Shown: piece by piece, positions 10,748 to 25,411 of the stretch
How positions within the stretch are numbered: the stretch's first letter is position 1
Layout of the letters: each line of letters begins with the position of its first letter
Assembly: GCA_907165135.1 (NCBI GenBank)
Contig: OU015567.1
Span: 4,774,001 to 4,838,000 of the forward strand
Origin: Oikopleura dioica
Lineage: Eukaryota; Animalia; Chordata
Direction of reading: 5' to 3'
DNA length: 64,000 nt
Notes under the pieces: generated by a model
Databases searched by the model: none
The model's input: only the letters and a program-made list of their open reading frames with translations
What the model was told of the DNA's origin: nothing
Program-made: the position numbers and the translations under genes

Positions 10748-12133
10748 TCAAATAAAATCAAATGGATTCAGTTGACGCGAGGCAGATTCGTTTTCGACTT
10801 TTTGGAAGGTGAAGAATTTGGAGTAGCGGGATGATTTGAGTTCGGAAACGGTCGAGGAGTGGACGAGGACCGGCGTGTTTTTCGGAAACTTGAGGTTTTG
10901 GGCGAGCTGGAAACTGCAGATTTCTTCGATTTCTCCATTGTAAGTAGCGAGCCACAAACCCTTTTCTTCATTTTCCGGCTTTTTGATGATTCTCCAAGTC
11001 ACAGCAGCAAATATCACATCGCCCAAAAGATCTTTCACATTATCCCCAAATTTATACGGCGAAGCGCTTTGCATGTAAGGAATCGACAAGCCGAACTTTT
11101 CGCAGATTTCGCCAAGCTCGCTCCAAACCATCGCACCTGCTCCTTCTCCCCACAGCTTGTCCGAGTCTTGAGCTTCTTTTGAGACTGGCTTGTTTCCGTA
11201 ACAATCGCTAAAAATCGGAAATTTCAAGAATTTGAGCGCTAGAATTCCTTGAACCTGAAATAAATCTCCCCTCCGGGCTTGAGAACCCTGGCGACCTCTT
11301 TGAAAACATCTTCCTTGACAGCAGTCAAGCAGATGACGCAATTGGAGATCATCACATCGACAGAATTGTCCTCGAAGCCCAATTCGCCGAGTTTCTCGAT
11401 GTAACCCTGCTTGAACTCCACATTGGAAGCCTGGATTAATGTAAGTTTTTGATCTCTACTGACAAAAAAAACCTTATGTTGCGCTTTTTCGCGATGCCAT
11501 TCTTTATGCCTTTCGCCGAATTGAAGGAGCTCTTCAGTCATGTCAACTCCAATGACTTTCCCTGACTCGCCGACAAGTTGAGAAATTGCAAATGCATCTC
11601 TGCCTAAAAAATTATTTGAAGAATTTTTCGAGACAAAAAAACCGCGATTCTGATTTCTGACCGTTGAATTTTGACTCGAATTCCAATTGTTGCTAGAATA
11701 TCTGCTGAAAATCGAGAAGCAGCTTGCGGCTTCGAGTCAAAAAGACTGTAGCCGCGCGAAGCGCGGCTTTTTCTTTTCTGTGCTCGAAGCCGCAAGCGGC
11801 TTCTCGATTTTCAGCATATATTTTAGCAACAATCGGAATTCGAGTCAAAATAACTCTTTAAGAAATCAGAATCGTGGTTTTTGGCATACCTGCTCCACAA
11901 CCAAGATCGACAACGGTACAACCCTCAAGCACCGGCGGAATGCAAAGCCCACAGCCAAAGTATCTCTTCTGAACTTCTTCGTGGACATTTTTCAGCGCCT
12001 CTCTTACTCGCTTCGGGAGGCCGCACTTTGGCCGGTTGCAAGCTTGCAAAGTCTCATTCAAACTATCCGAAAAATCTTCAGTTTTTAACTTTCCGTAGAA
12101 CTCTTTTACGCTCTCTTTCTTTGCGTCGCACAT
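10748..12133 (-). CDS. AS3MT: Arsenite methyltransferase (AS3MT/ArsM)-like SAM-dependent methyltransferase
   Basis: VKEFYGK...LQAC; RYFGCGLCIPPVLEGCTVVDLGCGAG / RDAFAISQLVGESGKVIGVDMT; VMISNCVICL; VARVLKPGGEIYFSD. Confidence 0.9.
11636..11882. mobile_element. Fully palindromic MITE filling most of an AS3MT intron
   Basis: AAAAACCGCGATTCTGATTTCT...AGAAATCAGAATCGTGGTTTTT. The arms are about 110 bp around a central AGCCGCGCGAAGCGCGGCT hairpin. Confidence 0.8.
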
Positions 12134-12489
12134 CTTTTTTTCGATAAAAACGAACGTTGTTCTTGGAGTTTTGGTTTTTAATTGCCGTGGAAGTAAAATT
12201 TAATTACGCAATGATCCAATGGATCACGAGCAAATAATGAAAAATGGCAAAGATCAGCATCATTTTCAAGTACGATTTTTTCGTCTAGAAAATTATTTAG
12301 CATTTTTATGCTGCGATTCATTTTCAAACTGAAGAAGACTCAAATTATCGGCAAATTTTTCATTATTTTTTGACTCAAAATCAGTCAAAACTTTGAAAAT
12401 GCTGAATTTCCGATGAAAAAATAGACGGTTTCTAAGGCCACAATCGATCAGAAGACAATTTCGCCGCAATTATCTTTCGACGATTGAGA

Positions 12490-13366
12490 TGAAATTTGCA
12501 AATTATACCGGCATTATAAAATCCATTTCTTCCTCCGCTCAATATCGAGTTTTGAAGATGGAAGTCAATGCTAAGGTGACTAGAGAAAGTTTATCATTTT
12601 CAGGGTATTTTTTTTAGGAAAATAAATTTCTGCTGAACAATATTCCCTGCGTGATTCCGATCAATTGCAAGCCGATTGAAAGCGTAATGACCTACAATAT
12701 CCAGGTAGAAGAACCGATTCTAGAGCTAGAAAAACAAGATTTTTTTCAGACAAAACTGAGGGTTCAAACTTTCACGGCGCTAGATCAGCTGATGGTCAAC
12801 GACACTTGCAACTGCTCCATCCAGGTTTTGGTTAAGACTTTTCCGCCTCTTCGATCTTTTGATACAGTCAGGTTGACAGTCATAAACCGAGAAAAAAGGA
12901 GTGCATTCACGAGGATCAGGCAAAATACGAAAGAAAAGTCGTTCAAAAATAACTGTCAAGATTTTAGAAGTCGTTCTTTCTACCAAATGACTATCTTTCT
13001 CCCACTCACAAGAATTATCCTTTTTTTTTTGAAGAATGAGCGTTTCCGGCAAATACGAGTTTCAAAGCTTGGCTTCAAAAATGTCCACTCGGTCCACGGA
13101 AGAGACAGTTTCAGCTCCATCGCCAGGTTTGTTTTTTCGAATTCGGAAAATCAAAAATTTTTAGTGCAAATGAAACCTGTTGAAAGAAGACTTCCAGAGA
13201 AAATCCAACACTTGGAGAACCAGGTCGTCGAGTCCAATCAAGAGTAAGCCCTTATCACGACTCTGAGACCTTCTATCTTGATATTCGTTTTCTAGCTTGG
13301 ATGTGAAAGCAAGTGTAAAAGTGGTGACACGAGTTCAACTCGCTGGCGTCAAAATTTCAACTGACT
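12490..13366 (+). CDS. Uncharacterised multi-exon gene (boundaries uncertain)
   Basis: Open segments separated by short GT..AG gaps (for example after 12589, 12704 and 13245). No recognisable domain. Confidence 0.35.
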
Positions 13367-13692
13367 GTTTTTGCAATGATAAATAAATCTTTCAAGAAAG
13401 ACTTTTTTTTTTTTCAAAATTAAAAATTTTTATCATCAATGAAAATTGCAATAAAAAAGGGAATAGTAAGAAAAGCTGTCTGGAAAGTGTCTAATTTGCT
13501 GTTTCTGTTGAATAAAATTCGTTTCTAACGCTTGGTCGTGGAAAATTGATTGGAGCTTTTTGGACAGTTCTGAGATTCTAACCGCGGCACTGTCTTCCGT
13601 TCCTTGTTAGCGCTACTCACAAGTGTCAAAATTACCATATTCTTTCTATAAAAACGTAGTCCTTGTCTTCTGCCATCTTTTTCCAGAGGAAA

Positions 13693-15420
<1,728 letters not shown>

Positions 15421-16160
15421 ATTTTTTAATAAACTTGGAAATAAAGCGTTGAAAAACAAATGATGCCAAGACGGATTTCGATTCCTAACTAGCTAAATTA
15501 TGAAACATCGAAAGTGCTTGGGTCACTAGAAAACATCAATATTAGCACGAGCATGTGTTGAGCCAAGGTCAAATGATTTTAATAGCTGAACTCTGCTCGC
15601 CTTTATGAAAGCCAAGGCATGGAAAGGCGAGTTTCTCCGAAGAATTGAATATAAACTTAGTTTTTGAACGAAAAACTTGGCGACTGAAAACAACCACGAC
15701 GAATCAACAAGTTTTGTTGTTGCTTGAATTACGCTAACGCATGTTATGGTTGTGTCTGTAGGTCTTTGATTATGTAACTACTTAAATGGTTGATGATGAT
15801 TACATAATTTATATTCAGTGACTTAAAATTAATTAATTTCTTTAATTGTGATTTGACAAGAGGGCTCTTCAAATCAAAACCCGTATTTCGAAAATCATGA
15901 AGCTCAGGACTCCGGAGTAGCATCTACGAACTCTCCTGACCCCCCAGGGTTAGCCCGGGGTTCGGGAAGTTTCTTTTTGAAAATTCCTGCTGATGCAAGT
16001 TGAAAACGTGCCCGTCCACCCTTAGGCGCTCAAGTGGCCCGGCAAACGGATAAAAGCAAATATCACTGTTGAATTTGCTCAGTACAAACGTAAATCGATC
16101 GTTTGAACGACCCAGCCTTTCATTCCGTAAGAGAAACACAAAAAACAGTAAATTTTGAAG

Positions 16161-16378
16161 ATGACCGAAGACAACCCATGCCAGACTCTTATTGATCAGC
16201 TCGCCGAGTGCCAGACTCAAAATGTAAGATAAAAATGAGCAAAAATGTCAAAATATCATCAAAAAATCGTTTAAATTTTCCGTTTCAAATCAATTCTTTC
16301 CAGGGCGAAGGAGCTGAAGCCTGCCAAGAAATTCTCAAGAACCTCGCAAAATGCGAAAATCCTGAATCTGCGGAATAG
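16161..16378 (+). CDS. 45-aa twin CX9C (CHCH) microprotein, 2 exons
   Basis: MTEDNPCQTLIDQLAECQTQN / GEGAEACQEILKNLAKCENPESAE. GT-AG intron at 16224-16303; TTTTGAAG acceptor directly before the ATG. Confidence 0.75.
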
Positions 16379-16427
16379 AATTATTTATTAGCATAAAGGC
16401 ATAAAATAAAAATCATCTTGTCTTTCT

Positions 16428-18113
16428 TCATTCATACAGAAAATTGTCAACAGAAACAGTCTTCCCGGCAAAAATGTATTCCATCGTCGTCCCAGGCCAG
16501 ACAGATTCCGGTCGACCCTCCTTGCCTGTTTGATACCAACTGTTACAGTATTTCTTTGTCCAGACGGACTCGTCGATTCTCGATTCCCACGATTGGAGCC
16601 AAGTTTGAACACTTGTTTCTTTCGGCAAACAAATTTGAGCTTTCCTTGCGGCTGCTTTTTCAATACTCGTAGAAGTAGTTCTATCTGCGCCTCTAGAAAA
16701 AGCTTGAAGACCTCCTTTCCAAATGATTCTGTACCTATCATGATGATGACCGACGAGTTACCAAGAAGTGTCATCGGGCCAAGCAAGTACACCAAGTTCG
16801 GTTTTTCTGTATCAAATGTTCCATAAAAGCTCCTAGGCGATTTCGAGTCCAGCCACTTTAGGAAGGGGTAGTAGTGGACTTTGAAACCAGTCGCCAAAAC
16901 GATGATATCAGCAGAAATTTCTTCATTTTCTTCAGTAACGATTCCAGAAGAAGTGAACTTGGCGATTTTCGACGAGAAAAGGGAGTAACGAGGATCATTT
17001 GCCGCTTCGTAAATCGCTAGAAAAGTCGTAAAAAAGCGCTGGAATGTTTGAAAAACCTGTTGAGAGAATAGCTCTTTTGCATCCAAATCTCATGCCCTCC
17101 GCCGGCTTGAGCTTCTCCCTCAAGACAGGGTCTTTTATCGTCGAAGTTCTGTGCCAATGCGCCAAATTCGCCACTCCTCTATTCCAAAAACTCCCGTGAA
17201 AATCAAATGCGAGGAAGAGAACTTCTTGAAAGCTCCAGAAAAAGCCGCGTAGAAGAAAGTCAAAGGGGTAAATCTTCATAAGAAAATGAAGGGAAGACGG
17301 AATTGTGAATTGCAGCCATCGAGGGAGAACGAAGCCAGCAGTTCTTTGAAATTGCGTCACTTCTAGCGCCCCTGCGTCTAGCAGACCCGGAACCTAAAAA
17401 ATTTGATTAAATGATTGCCTAACAGGGAAATTTACAGTTTGTGAAGCAGAAGAGCCAGAGCCAATAACAGCCACTCGTTTCCCAGTTACATTGAGATCTT
17501 TTGGCCACTCGCCAGTATGCACAATTCTTCCAGCGAAATCGCCTTGATCTTTGAACTTCGGCTTGTTTGGCTCGTTGAAGCTCCCAGTACAAACAATCGT
17601 CCAGTCAAAATACTCCACACTTGATTTCCCCTCTTTTGAGAATTCCACTTCCCACAATTTTCGTTCCCCATTCCAGCGACAATTTTCCACGGAAATGTTC
17701 AATCTAATGTTTTCTTCCAAACAAGCCCATCTCACAAAACTCTTCAAATATCGAAACAGCTCTGAGCTGCAATTGTAGCTTTCCGGCCAGTCCTTTTTCG
17801 TAAAGAAAGAATATTGATAGAGAAACGAAGGAACATCCACCGCGGCGCCAGGATAGCGATTTAAAAACCATGTTCCGCCGATTTCTTCAGCTCTGTCGAC
17901 GATAAGAAAGTCCAGCTTGAACTTCTTGAAGAAGTATCCGACTGCTAGACCGGAGAAACCCGCCCCAATGATGAGGAATTTCTTCTCTCGGAGATTTGCC
18001 GCTTCTTGTTTTGTAAAAGTGACGCTATTTCTCAGCCATAGATTGAATAAAAACGCGATTAAGCATATCGAGAAGTAAAAGATGCCAATCCACTTGAGGA
18101 GAAGAATATACAT
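16428..18113 (-). CDS. Type I Baeyer-Villiger monooxygenase-like flavoprotein with N-terminal membrane anchor; spliced
   Basis: GAGFSG; GGTWFLNRYPGAAVD; FAGRIVHTGEWP (BVMO fingerprint FxGxxxHxxxW[P/D]); GSGSSA; FGCKR; ATGF; SVW..YCNSWY...WPG. Confidence 0.9.
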
Positions 18114-18716
18114 AGAAGTCGAATCGCTAAAAAACAAAGCTTTTTCTGATTGTTTACACTTATAAAATTTCTCTGGGGCGACTCCTCTTGAAGTCGCCAT
18201 CTATTCCAACTCAATTATGGCCGTTAACATTTCAATTTAACCGCAGCAATAATAGTAGAGCCGAAGTATGAAGATTTACCTTTTGAAATACGCTACTAAA
18301 GTTCGTGTACGATCTCTGCCTGCAAATTGTATTCAAGCCTCAACATTCTGAGGATCTTTCTTTTGAATATTTGCTCCTGGGCGTGATGTACTTTGCCTTG
18401 GAGCGAGTTGCGCGAGATTCAAAATCAAAACAAGCCCTGCTGGGCGACGTGGGTGAGGAAAATTGTTGTGTTTCCTTTTTTATTTATTATTTAAATATTG
18501 TGTAAAACCAGCACAGTAGCTTTTGGTGGTTGAAATTGGAAGATTGAAGAAAGTAAACCATTTGATTGCACAAAGACGGAAAGATTGGTTTGTTTTGAAC
18601 AAGAGCGAAAGTAAAAAGCGCGATATTTTTCGTACAGAAGAATGAAGATGTGTAATTGTAGCATGTAGGAACTAAACAAGGACATTTTGTGCGAAAATTG
18701 AAAGAAAGACAAACCA

Positions 18717-21325
18717 TTAGGCGACGTTCTTTCGTTCGAATATCGAAAATTCTTCTTCTTCGTCGCTTTCGCCATCGTTTTGAAGAAGAGGTCGGTAGAC
18801 GAAGACTCTCTTGTCGACTTTTTTCCGCTTCCGGACGACGAGAAAGGTGCACATCATTACGAATATTGAGCAGATAATAAATATGCCTATTGAAACAATT
18901 GTGACTATTGTACAATTGTGATAAAATAAAAAAAAAGAAGATAAATCCGATGATAAAAGAACTGACTGATACACTTATGGGAAGAACTTTACCTGAAAAG
19001 GCTTCCGGCTTGTCTTTGACAACCGCCATCACTTTTTCACTCGCTATTCTTGCAAACATGTGCTGTTCCTGCTTTTTCGTATTGAGATGAAACATGTGCA
19101 CTTTATGAGGTCGCAGTTCGGCGATGAACAAGCAGCTGCCGTCTTTGGAAAGCGTGATATCGTGCGCTGTTTCTAGCGGCTTTTCCGGCACATATGCCTT
19201 TTCCAACGTTCCATTGGCGAATAGCGAGAATCCTTTTTGATCTTTGCCAGTGTACTGAGGCCAGTTATTGATGAGGAACAAGCTAGCGAGGTGAGGACTC
19301 CAGACAGACGCGTAAATTGCATCCCCGATTCGATCGTTTTGAAACATCTTGACAAACTGCTTCGTATTGCGATCGAAAACCTGGACTCGCCCATTTTCCC
19401 GGTCAGAAATGAACAGATCTGAGCCGGGACCGATAGAGATATCGTGGACAATGTGGAAGAAACCGGCCCCCTTTGGTCCGCGCCGGGGGCTTTCCTTGCC
19501 GTATTCTGCGATGAACTGGAAGTCGGAGGAGTAGTGAGCGATTCTAAAAGAGAAGATGAAGCATATTTTCTCAAGAAATTATTACCTTGAGTTACAGTAA
19601 CCATCCGCGATGTAGAATTCTCCAGTGCTCTGATCGACTGCTACATCGGCTGGTTTGCAGAACTTGTAATCTTCGTGCCCCGGTTCTTTGTCTTTTCCAA
19701 GCGTTTTCAGCAACACACCGTCTTTCGAAAATTTGTAAATCATGTGCGTTCCGACGTCTGTTAGCCAAACATGATCCTTTGTGACTGTAATTCCATGCGG
19801 CATGTAAAACGTATCCTCTCCGAACTGTTGGACGACATTTCCGCTTTTTGAATCAACTTTCAGAATACAAGCGATACTTGTCGGCTTTCTGTACGCGATT
19901 CTATTCGAGTAGCCGATGTAAGCATTTGCATCCCATGTATGATCACCTCGATGGAATACCCAAAGATATCCGTGCTCGTCCGTGTCGATGCCAGCCACTT
20001 CTCCGAGATCGGAAAAGTTGACTTTCCAATCGGGGTTGTAGTCGATTGAAAGAAGGGAAGCAGAGTGAGGGAGATGCTGAAGATGATCGATGGGAGCTTT
20101 GATGGATTCGAGATCTTTTTTTTTTCATCTGCATCGTCGGGGTCTTCAGAGTGATGATCCTCGTCAGCCTCATGATGATCGCCATGATCGTCTTCTTCAT
20201 CATCTCCTTAAGAAAATCAGTTGAAAAGAAGCAAAAAATTAGGAAGATTTACCTCCTCCATGATGATGCATTTTCATTTCCATCGGCACAGCTGGTTGTT
20301 TAACCCCCGCCGCGATTGCCTTTATCGAGTCCTCCCCTGCATACCCTGGATAAGGCGTCATCATCGTCAAATCATCAGGAATATCGTCGGGAGTAGGCAG
20401 ATTCATCGTCCAACAAGAGGGCGTGTTGAGCGCTCCGGGATGATACGGAACCGCGTACATCAAGTACAAATTGCACATTTCATTGTCGCGGTCTTTTCCA
20501 ATGAAGACTTCGAAATCGTTCTTGTTGAAAAACGTACAGGTTGCATGGACAAGATCGCCCTTTTGAAGCTCAATAGAGCCGCCAACGCGGGAGTAGAAAG
20601 CATGAGGCCACTGAGGATTGCCCTTTCCGATCATGTGCCAACCTTCTGGCTCGCGATATCTTCAGTGATGGTGATAGAATGAAATTAAAAACACGATAGT
20701 AAAAACAACTGTCACCCTTCCTGTATCCAGTTATGACTTGCCCATTGCTATGAGCATGCGTTCTGAAAGCAAAAACCTCTATAGTTTCTTCAAAGTCATA
20801 TTCGCACTCAATATCGACATTCGTTTGTTTTCCAACTGGCAAGGAAAAGTAAGAACTTCCCAGAAGATAGATTCCAATGAGCTTCTTTGGCGGTTCTTTC
20901 GATGTTTCAACGACGAGACCGGTGAATTCGTCGATTCCTTCGAACTTGTCTTTGTAGTGAGCTTCTATGTTGATGGAATGGACGTTTGATTGACCTCCTA
21001 AGCGGATGGAAGAATCTGCTGGTAGAAGAAGAGGGCCTGCATCAAGCGCCCAGGAAAAGAGAATTTTCGGATCTTCGCAAAAGACGCTAAAAGTACTCGT
21101 CGCCGGTTGAATTTGGTCAATCACATCGGCACAGCCCTTGACGATGATGTGATGCACTTTGCCATCTGTTTGGACGCTGATCTTGTTAACGAAGATTTCT
21201 TCGTCGAGATCGATGTCGAATGCAATATCGACGGGGATACGAGTCGTTAAATATTCATCATCATGATGGGTTTGCGCTCCTTTCATCAGCAATTTTACTT
21301 CTTCGGCCAAGACCATCTTTTTCAT
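18717..21325 (-). CDS. PAM: Bifunctional peptidylglycine alpha-amidating monooxygenase (PHM + PAL + TM + cytosolic tail); 5' end may lie further upstream
   Basis: PHM copper ligands VHHI, EAHY, THAH, EMC; PAL NHL repeats FYMPHGITV, FCKPADVAVD, DGYCNSR, VHDISIG, SDRENGRVQ; C-terminal TM then RKRKK. One apparent frameshift at 20116-20125. Confidence 0.93.
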
Positions 21326-21887
21326 GAACTAAATAGGATCAAGTAGTCATTTAATATTGTCTGAAAAACTTTATCGTCTCTTTAGTTTCTGTCTTCTAAA
21401 AATGGACGGATTAATTAGCTGATTATTGTTTTGAGAAATCGATTGAGTTCAAACTTCATCATAGTCGGAGATAAAATCACCGTTAATTATCAGTCGAAAT
21501 TATTAACAATAGTTTTGAACTTCGCCTGCTTAATTTCGTCGTTATTCAAATTCATTCCTGAAAGAGTCCGAGAAAGATGAATTTCCTCGTTTTGAGCATT
21601 GTTGGTCCCCATTTCATCCCGTTTTCTCAATTTTTTTCTGAAATATAGTATCAACCTTACTATTGTTTCACAAGGAGCACTTAATAATTGTGTGTAGTCA
21701 AGATCATCTAAGCATTTTCTCTAAAATTTATAAAGTCGGACAAGCAAAAGCATCTTATGGTCCCTGAAGCACCGAAATGCGGACAAGCGCGAAGCACCCA
21801 ATCAGCGCGCCGCGTCATTTTTGAATTCTCTTGGGATCGAAGATTAGGATTTTAAAATTTAGACTTTTGAAGGAGAAATTGAGAAAA

Positions 21888-23163
21888 ATGGCAGAAATTG
21901 AAAAAGAAGTGGAAGAAAAAGAAGAGCCAAAAGTCATCCCAGGAGTAATTTATATTTCGACGTAAGTTTTTAAATAAAAATATCGAGTTTTTCTCTTTTG
22001 AATCAATTAATTTCATAATTTTCTTGTTTCAACGTGAAATTTTCACGTTGCTTTTGAATAATTCTTTGACATTTTGTTTTCAGACTTCCAAAAGGGATGG
22101 GCCCCGTGCATCTACGTCAGATTTTGTCGCAGTTCGGCGAAATCGACAGAATCTACTGCGCGGCGAATTATCAAAGAAAAAGAGCACTCACAGGTACTTC
22201 CTCCTTCCCTAATCAGATTAATTTCATCCCCGAGATCCTCTTCATCCGATTTTCAGATACAAAGAAGACGATTTCAAAGAAGGCTGGGTCGAGTTCAAGA
22301 AAAAGAAACACGCAAAAAAGGCGGTAGATCTTCTCAATGGACAAACGATCGAAACGAAGAAGAAATCAAAATTCCAGGGCCAGCTTTGGACCATGAAATA
22401 TTTGAGCAAAACGCGCTGGCATCATTTGACGGAACAACTGCACTACGAAGAACAAGTTAGAAAGAAACGAATGGACGCAGAATTGAGCCAGGTCAAGAGG
22501 TTTGTCAGGACAGAAAATCGAAAAATGGATTGAGAAAATTTTAGGGAAACAGATGCTTTTGTGCGAAATTTGGACGCGTCGAAGAAACAGAATGCGATTG
22601 TGGAGAGAAAGAAGAGGAAAGGAGTCGATATGGAGCTAAAGGAATGGTCGCAATTTTTACTTTAGTTGTTTATTGCTGGTTTTCTGCACAAATAGCGGAA
22701 TGGCCACGACTTGGCTCGGCAATTTGTGTAAAAAATCTGAGTCAGGGTCTGAGTCTCTGCCAAAATGAAAAGCCGCGCAGCGGCTTTTAAAAGTAGCCAC
22801 GAAGTGGCTTTGCCAAAGCCCGGCAATTGATAAATAAGTTTATTGTGCGGCTTCGTTTTGAAAAAGCCGCTCCGCGGCTATTCATTCAAGCTCTTTGAGT
22901 TTCTTTTTTTTCGATCTATCCCTTTGTTGTCCAAAAGAGTGACGGACAGCTGATCTTTTTTTATGTTTATCCTTCCCTACGTGTCAATCTTAGACTTCCT
23001 CTGTTTGTAGAAAAAGCCCCCTTTTGTTTGTGAAAAACAAAGCGTGAAAAAGCCAAATTTGCGACCAGAAAAAAAGATCGAAGATCGTTTTCAAAAGAAA
23101 ATGCGAAAGGTTGTCGAAAAGAAAGAGAGAAAGACACAACTCGCTGCCAAACTCTTCGCTTGA
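21888..23163 (+). CDS. ABT1: Activator of basal transcription 1 / Esf2 (RRM, pre-rRNA processing)
   Basis: PGVIYIS / RLPKGMGPVHLRQILSQFGEIDRIY; EGWVEFKKKKHAKKAVDLLNG; WTMKYLSKTRWHHLTEQ...SQVKRE. Confidence 0.9.
22725..22880. repeat. CTGAGTCAGGG / AGCCGC hairpin family copy in an ABT1 intron
   Basis: TGTGTAAAAAATCTGAGTCAGGGT followed by three AGCC-n-GGCT hairpins. Confidence 0.6.
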
Positions 23164-23823
23164 TACTGTTACTTTATCTTTTGGCTGTGTTTATTTTATG
23201 TTCAGTTACAGTTACAGTTATCATCGAATTGAAGTTAAACGATGTTTTAAAACGGCACCCTTTTCAGAATGAAATGAAACTTCATCAAAGTAAGATGCAA
23301 CCAGAAAATTATTAAAATATGAAAATTATAAAATGAAATTCTTGAGAGCTAACTGCAACAGGTTCGTCCTTGTATAGGACATTTATTATTTTCTGAAATA
23401 TTTGATAAAAAATCAACAAAATGAAACTACATGACCTCTTACAGGGTAAGTTCCATCAAAAGCTATTATTAATAAAAATAATTGAAAAAATGAATAACGA
23501 TTCCAATTATACCATTGTTACCAAAATGGCTTTTTCAAACCAAGTTACCGTCAATTAAGCTTTATCTTGAAATATAATCTTCCCAACTTTAAAATGAAAA
23601 AATCTTCAAAACAAATTAATGCTGAATTACCACTTTATTACTGTTAATAAAGTTAAGAGACTTAACTGTTCAATTGACTTTAACTGTTCAATTGAATTTT
23701 ATCACCATTATTCTTGCTTTTTCTTTCTTTTACTATCAATAAAACAAATGTGAAATCAATATTTTCCTGTCTCAATTTTCGAAAATTTCAGATGAGGAAG
23801 TCCTAATCTTAGGCGATCGAAAA

Positions 23824-24139
23824 ATGAGCTCAAAAAAGAATATTCCGTTGAAGGCGTCTATCATGATCCCAGGTTCCTCCCTCTCCCCATTCGCTCATTC
23901 TTAGTTCTTTTGTTCAGCGGAAATCCCCAGCTGTGAACGACCAATTCTTGCCAAGCGACTTCTTGCGAAAGGCGCCCTCGGCGAAGATTCAAAAGAAATA
24001 ATGTGAGGTTTCGATTTTCAAATAGCAATTCAAAACGACTTCTAGTTTACCTTCAAAAAAGACAATAACCTCAACAACCACCTCAGCCAGCTTCAGTGAA
24101 GATTCCACGAGTTCCTCCACTTCCTTCGTTCCTCAATAA
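23824..24139 (+). CDS. Possible small uncharacterised 3-exon gene
   Basis: AAAATG start and two short GT-AG introns give an open 70-75 aa frame with an S/T-rich end. No homology recognised. Confidence 0.3.
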
Positions 24140-24377
24140 TTTAAATAAAATGAAACTGAATTATCTTTGTAACCTCCGAAAATCTACTGTTTTTTCCTTC
24201 AAAACATGAAGTTCTGCGCGAAGAAATATCGCGACACCAACACGTTTACTGTAAACAGATGTTTTTAAGCCATTTTAACCTTTTTTCATCCCTTTTTTTT
24301 TGCCGACGAACATGCTCAGTCGGAAAGACACAGAACTTCCCTTTTTAACACTTTTTATTTCAGATAAATTCATCAAA

Positions 24378-24711
24378 ATGGCTGGTGGAGCTCGTATGCG
24401 CGCTGCAAATCAAATCAATGAGAAGAAAGTCCTCAAGCGAGGCAATGTTCCCACTACTCTTGTAAGTTAATATTTTCCATCTCAAATGAGAACAATGAGA
24501 AACGGGGTTATTATCCTCCTTATAGGACGATTTCGTCCTATTCATCGACAAAACCATTCTTCAAAACTTTCACATCAATTTTCAGAAAGAAACGAACGAA
24601 GGAAAAGCTCCTGTCGGCCCACTCCTCCTCGCGCTCTTCATCTTCGTCGTCTGCGGCTCCGCTATTTTCGAAATCATCATGAAGGTCCAAGCTTTCGCTG
24701 GCCAAAACTAA
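24378..24711 (+). CDS. SERP1: SERP1/RAMP4 stress-associated ER protein
   Basis: [23 protein letters not shown] / [31 protein letters not shown]. Confidence 0.93.
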
Positions 24712-24935
24712 ACCCTTTCTCCCTGAAAATTTCTCTTCCTGTTCTAATTTAACCAGCGTCCTTTTCTTGACGCTCAAAACTGACTCTTTAAAAATCTTCC
24801 TGAAACTCTTTCGGTGTTTTTTTCTTAATTTAGGATCAACAATTTCGTGCAATCTTTCTCTCAAACAATGAACCAGTAGAACAAAAATAAAATCAAAAAA
24901 ATTGAACAGAAAAATCATCAAATAAAATATTCAGA

Positions 24936-25254
24936 ATGCCTCCTTTTTACACAGCCGACGAAATCGCTGTAATAATGGCCCCGATTGAAGATCCACTTCC
25001 AATGCAAAAAATACTAGAAGTCAAGAGAGGACCCATAACCAGAACTTTGGGGGTCTTCGTAGAATGGTTCGGCATTGTATCATATGTATGTAAAATTGGA
25101 TAAATTCGAGGGTTCCTAAAACAACCTTTAGATATTGATCATTTTGGCCATTCTGGGAATCATCTTCGGCGGATTTTACGTTTACAAAAGAGGCATGGAA
25201 AAGCGAAAACGACTCAATCCCGATTTGACCTTCGATTCTGACGACGATGAGTGA
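24936..25254 (+). CDS. Small single-pass membrane protein, paralogue A (about 91 aa)
   Basis: MPPFYTADEIAVIMAPI...VKRGPITRTLGVFVEWFGIVSY / ILIILAILGIIFGGFYVYKRGMEKRKR...DSDDDE. Phase-0 GT-AG intron; acceptor TATTCAG before the ATG. Confidence 0.75.
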
Positions 25255-25411
25255 TTTTTCATTTTTGATCGAGAAATTCTTTCTATTTTTATATCCACAA
25301 GCTGCCCATTTATCGAGCCAATAAAATATTCGTTTTATAAAATAGATTCTTTCTCTAGAATTTTTCTTTGATCCTTCATCTTTATTGTTTGTATGAAGAA
25401 ATGCAGGAGAA

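Noticed and set aside
16388-18200. Bacterial contamination as the source of the BVMO
   Set aside because: The gene has GT-AG introns and is contiguous with intron-rich animal genes.
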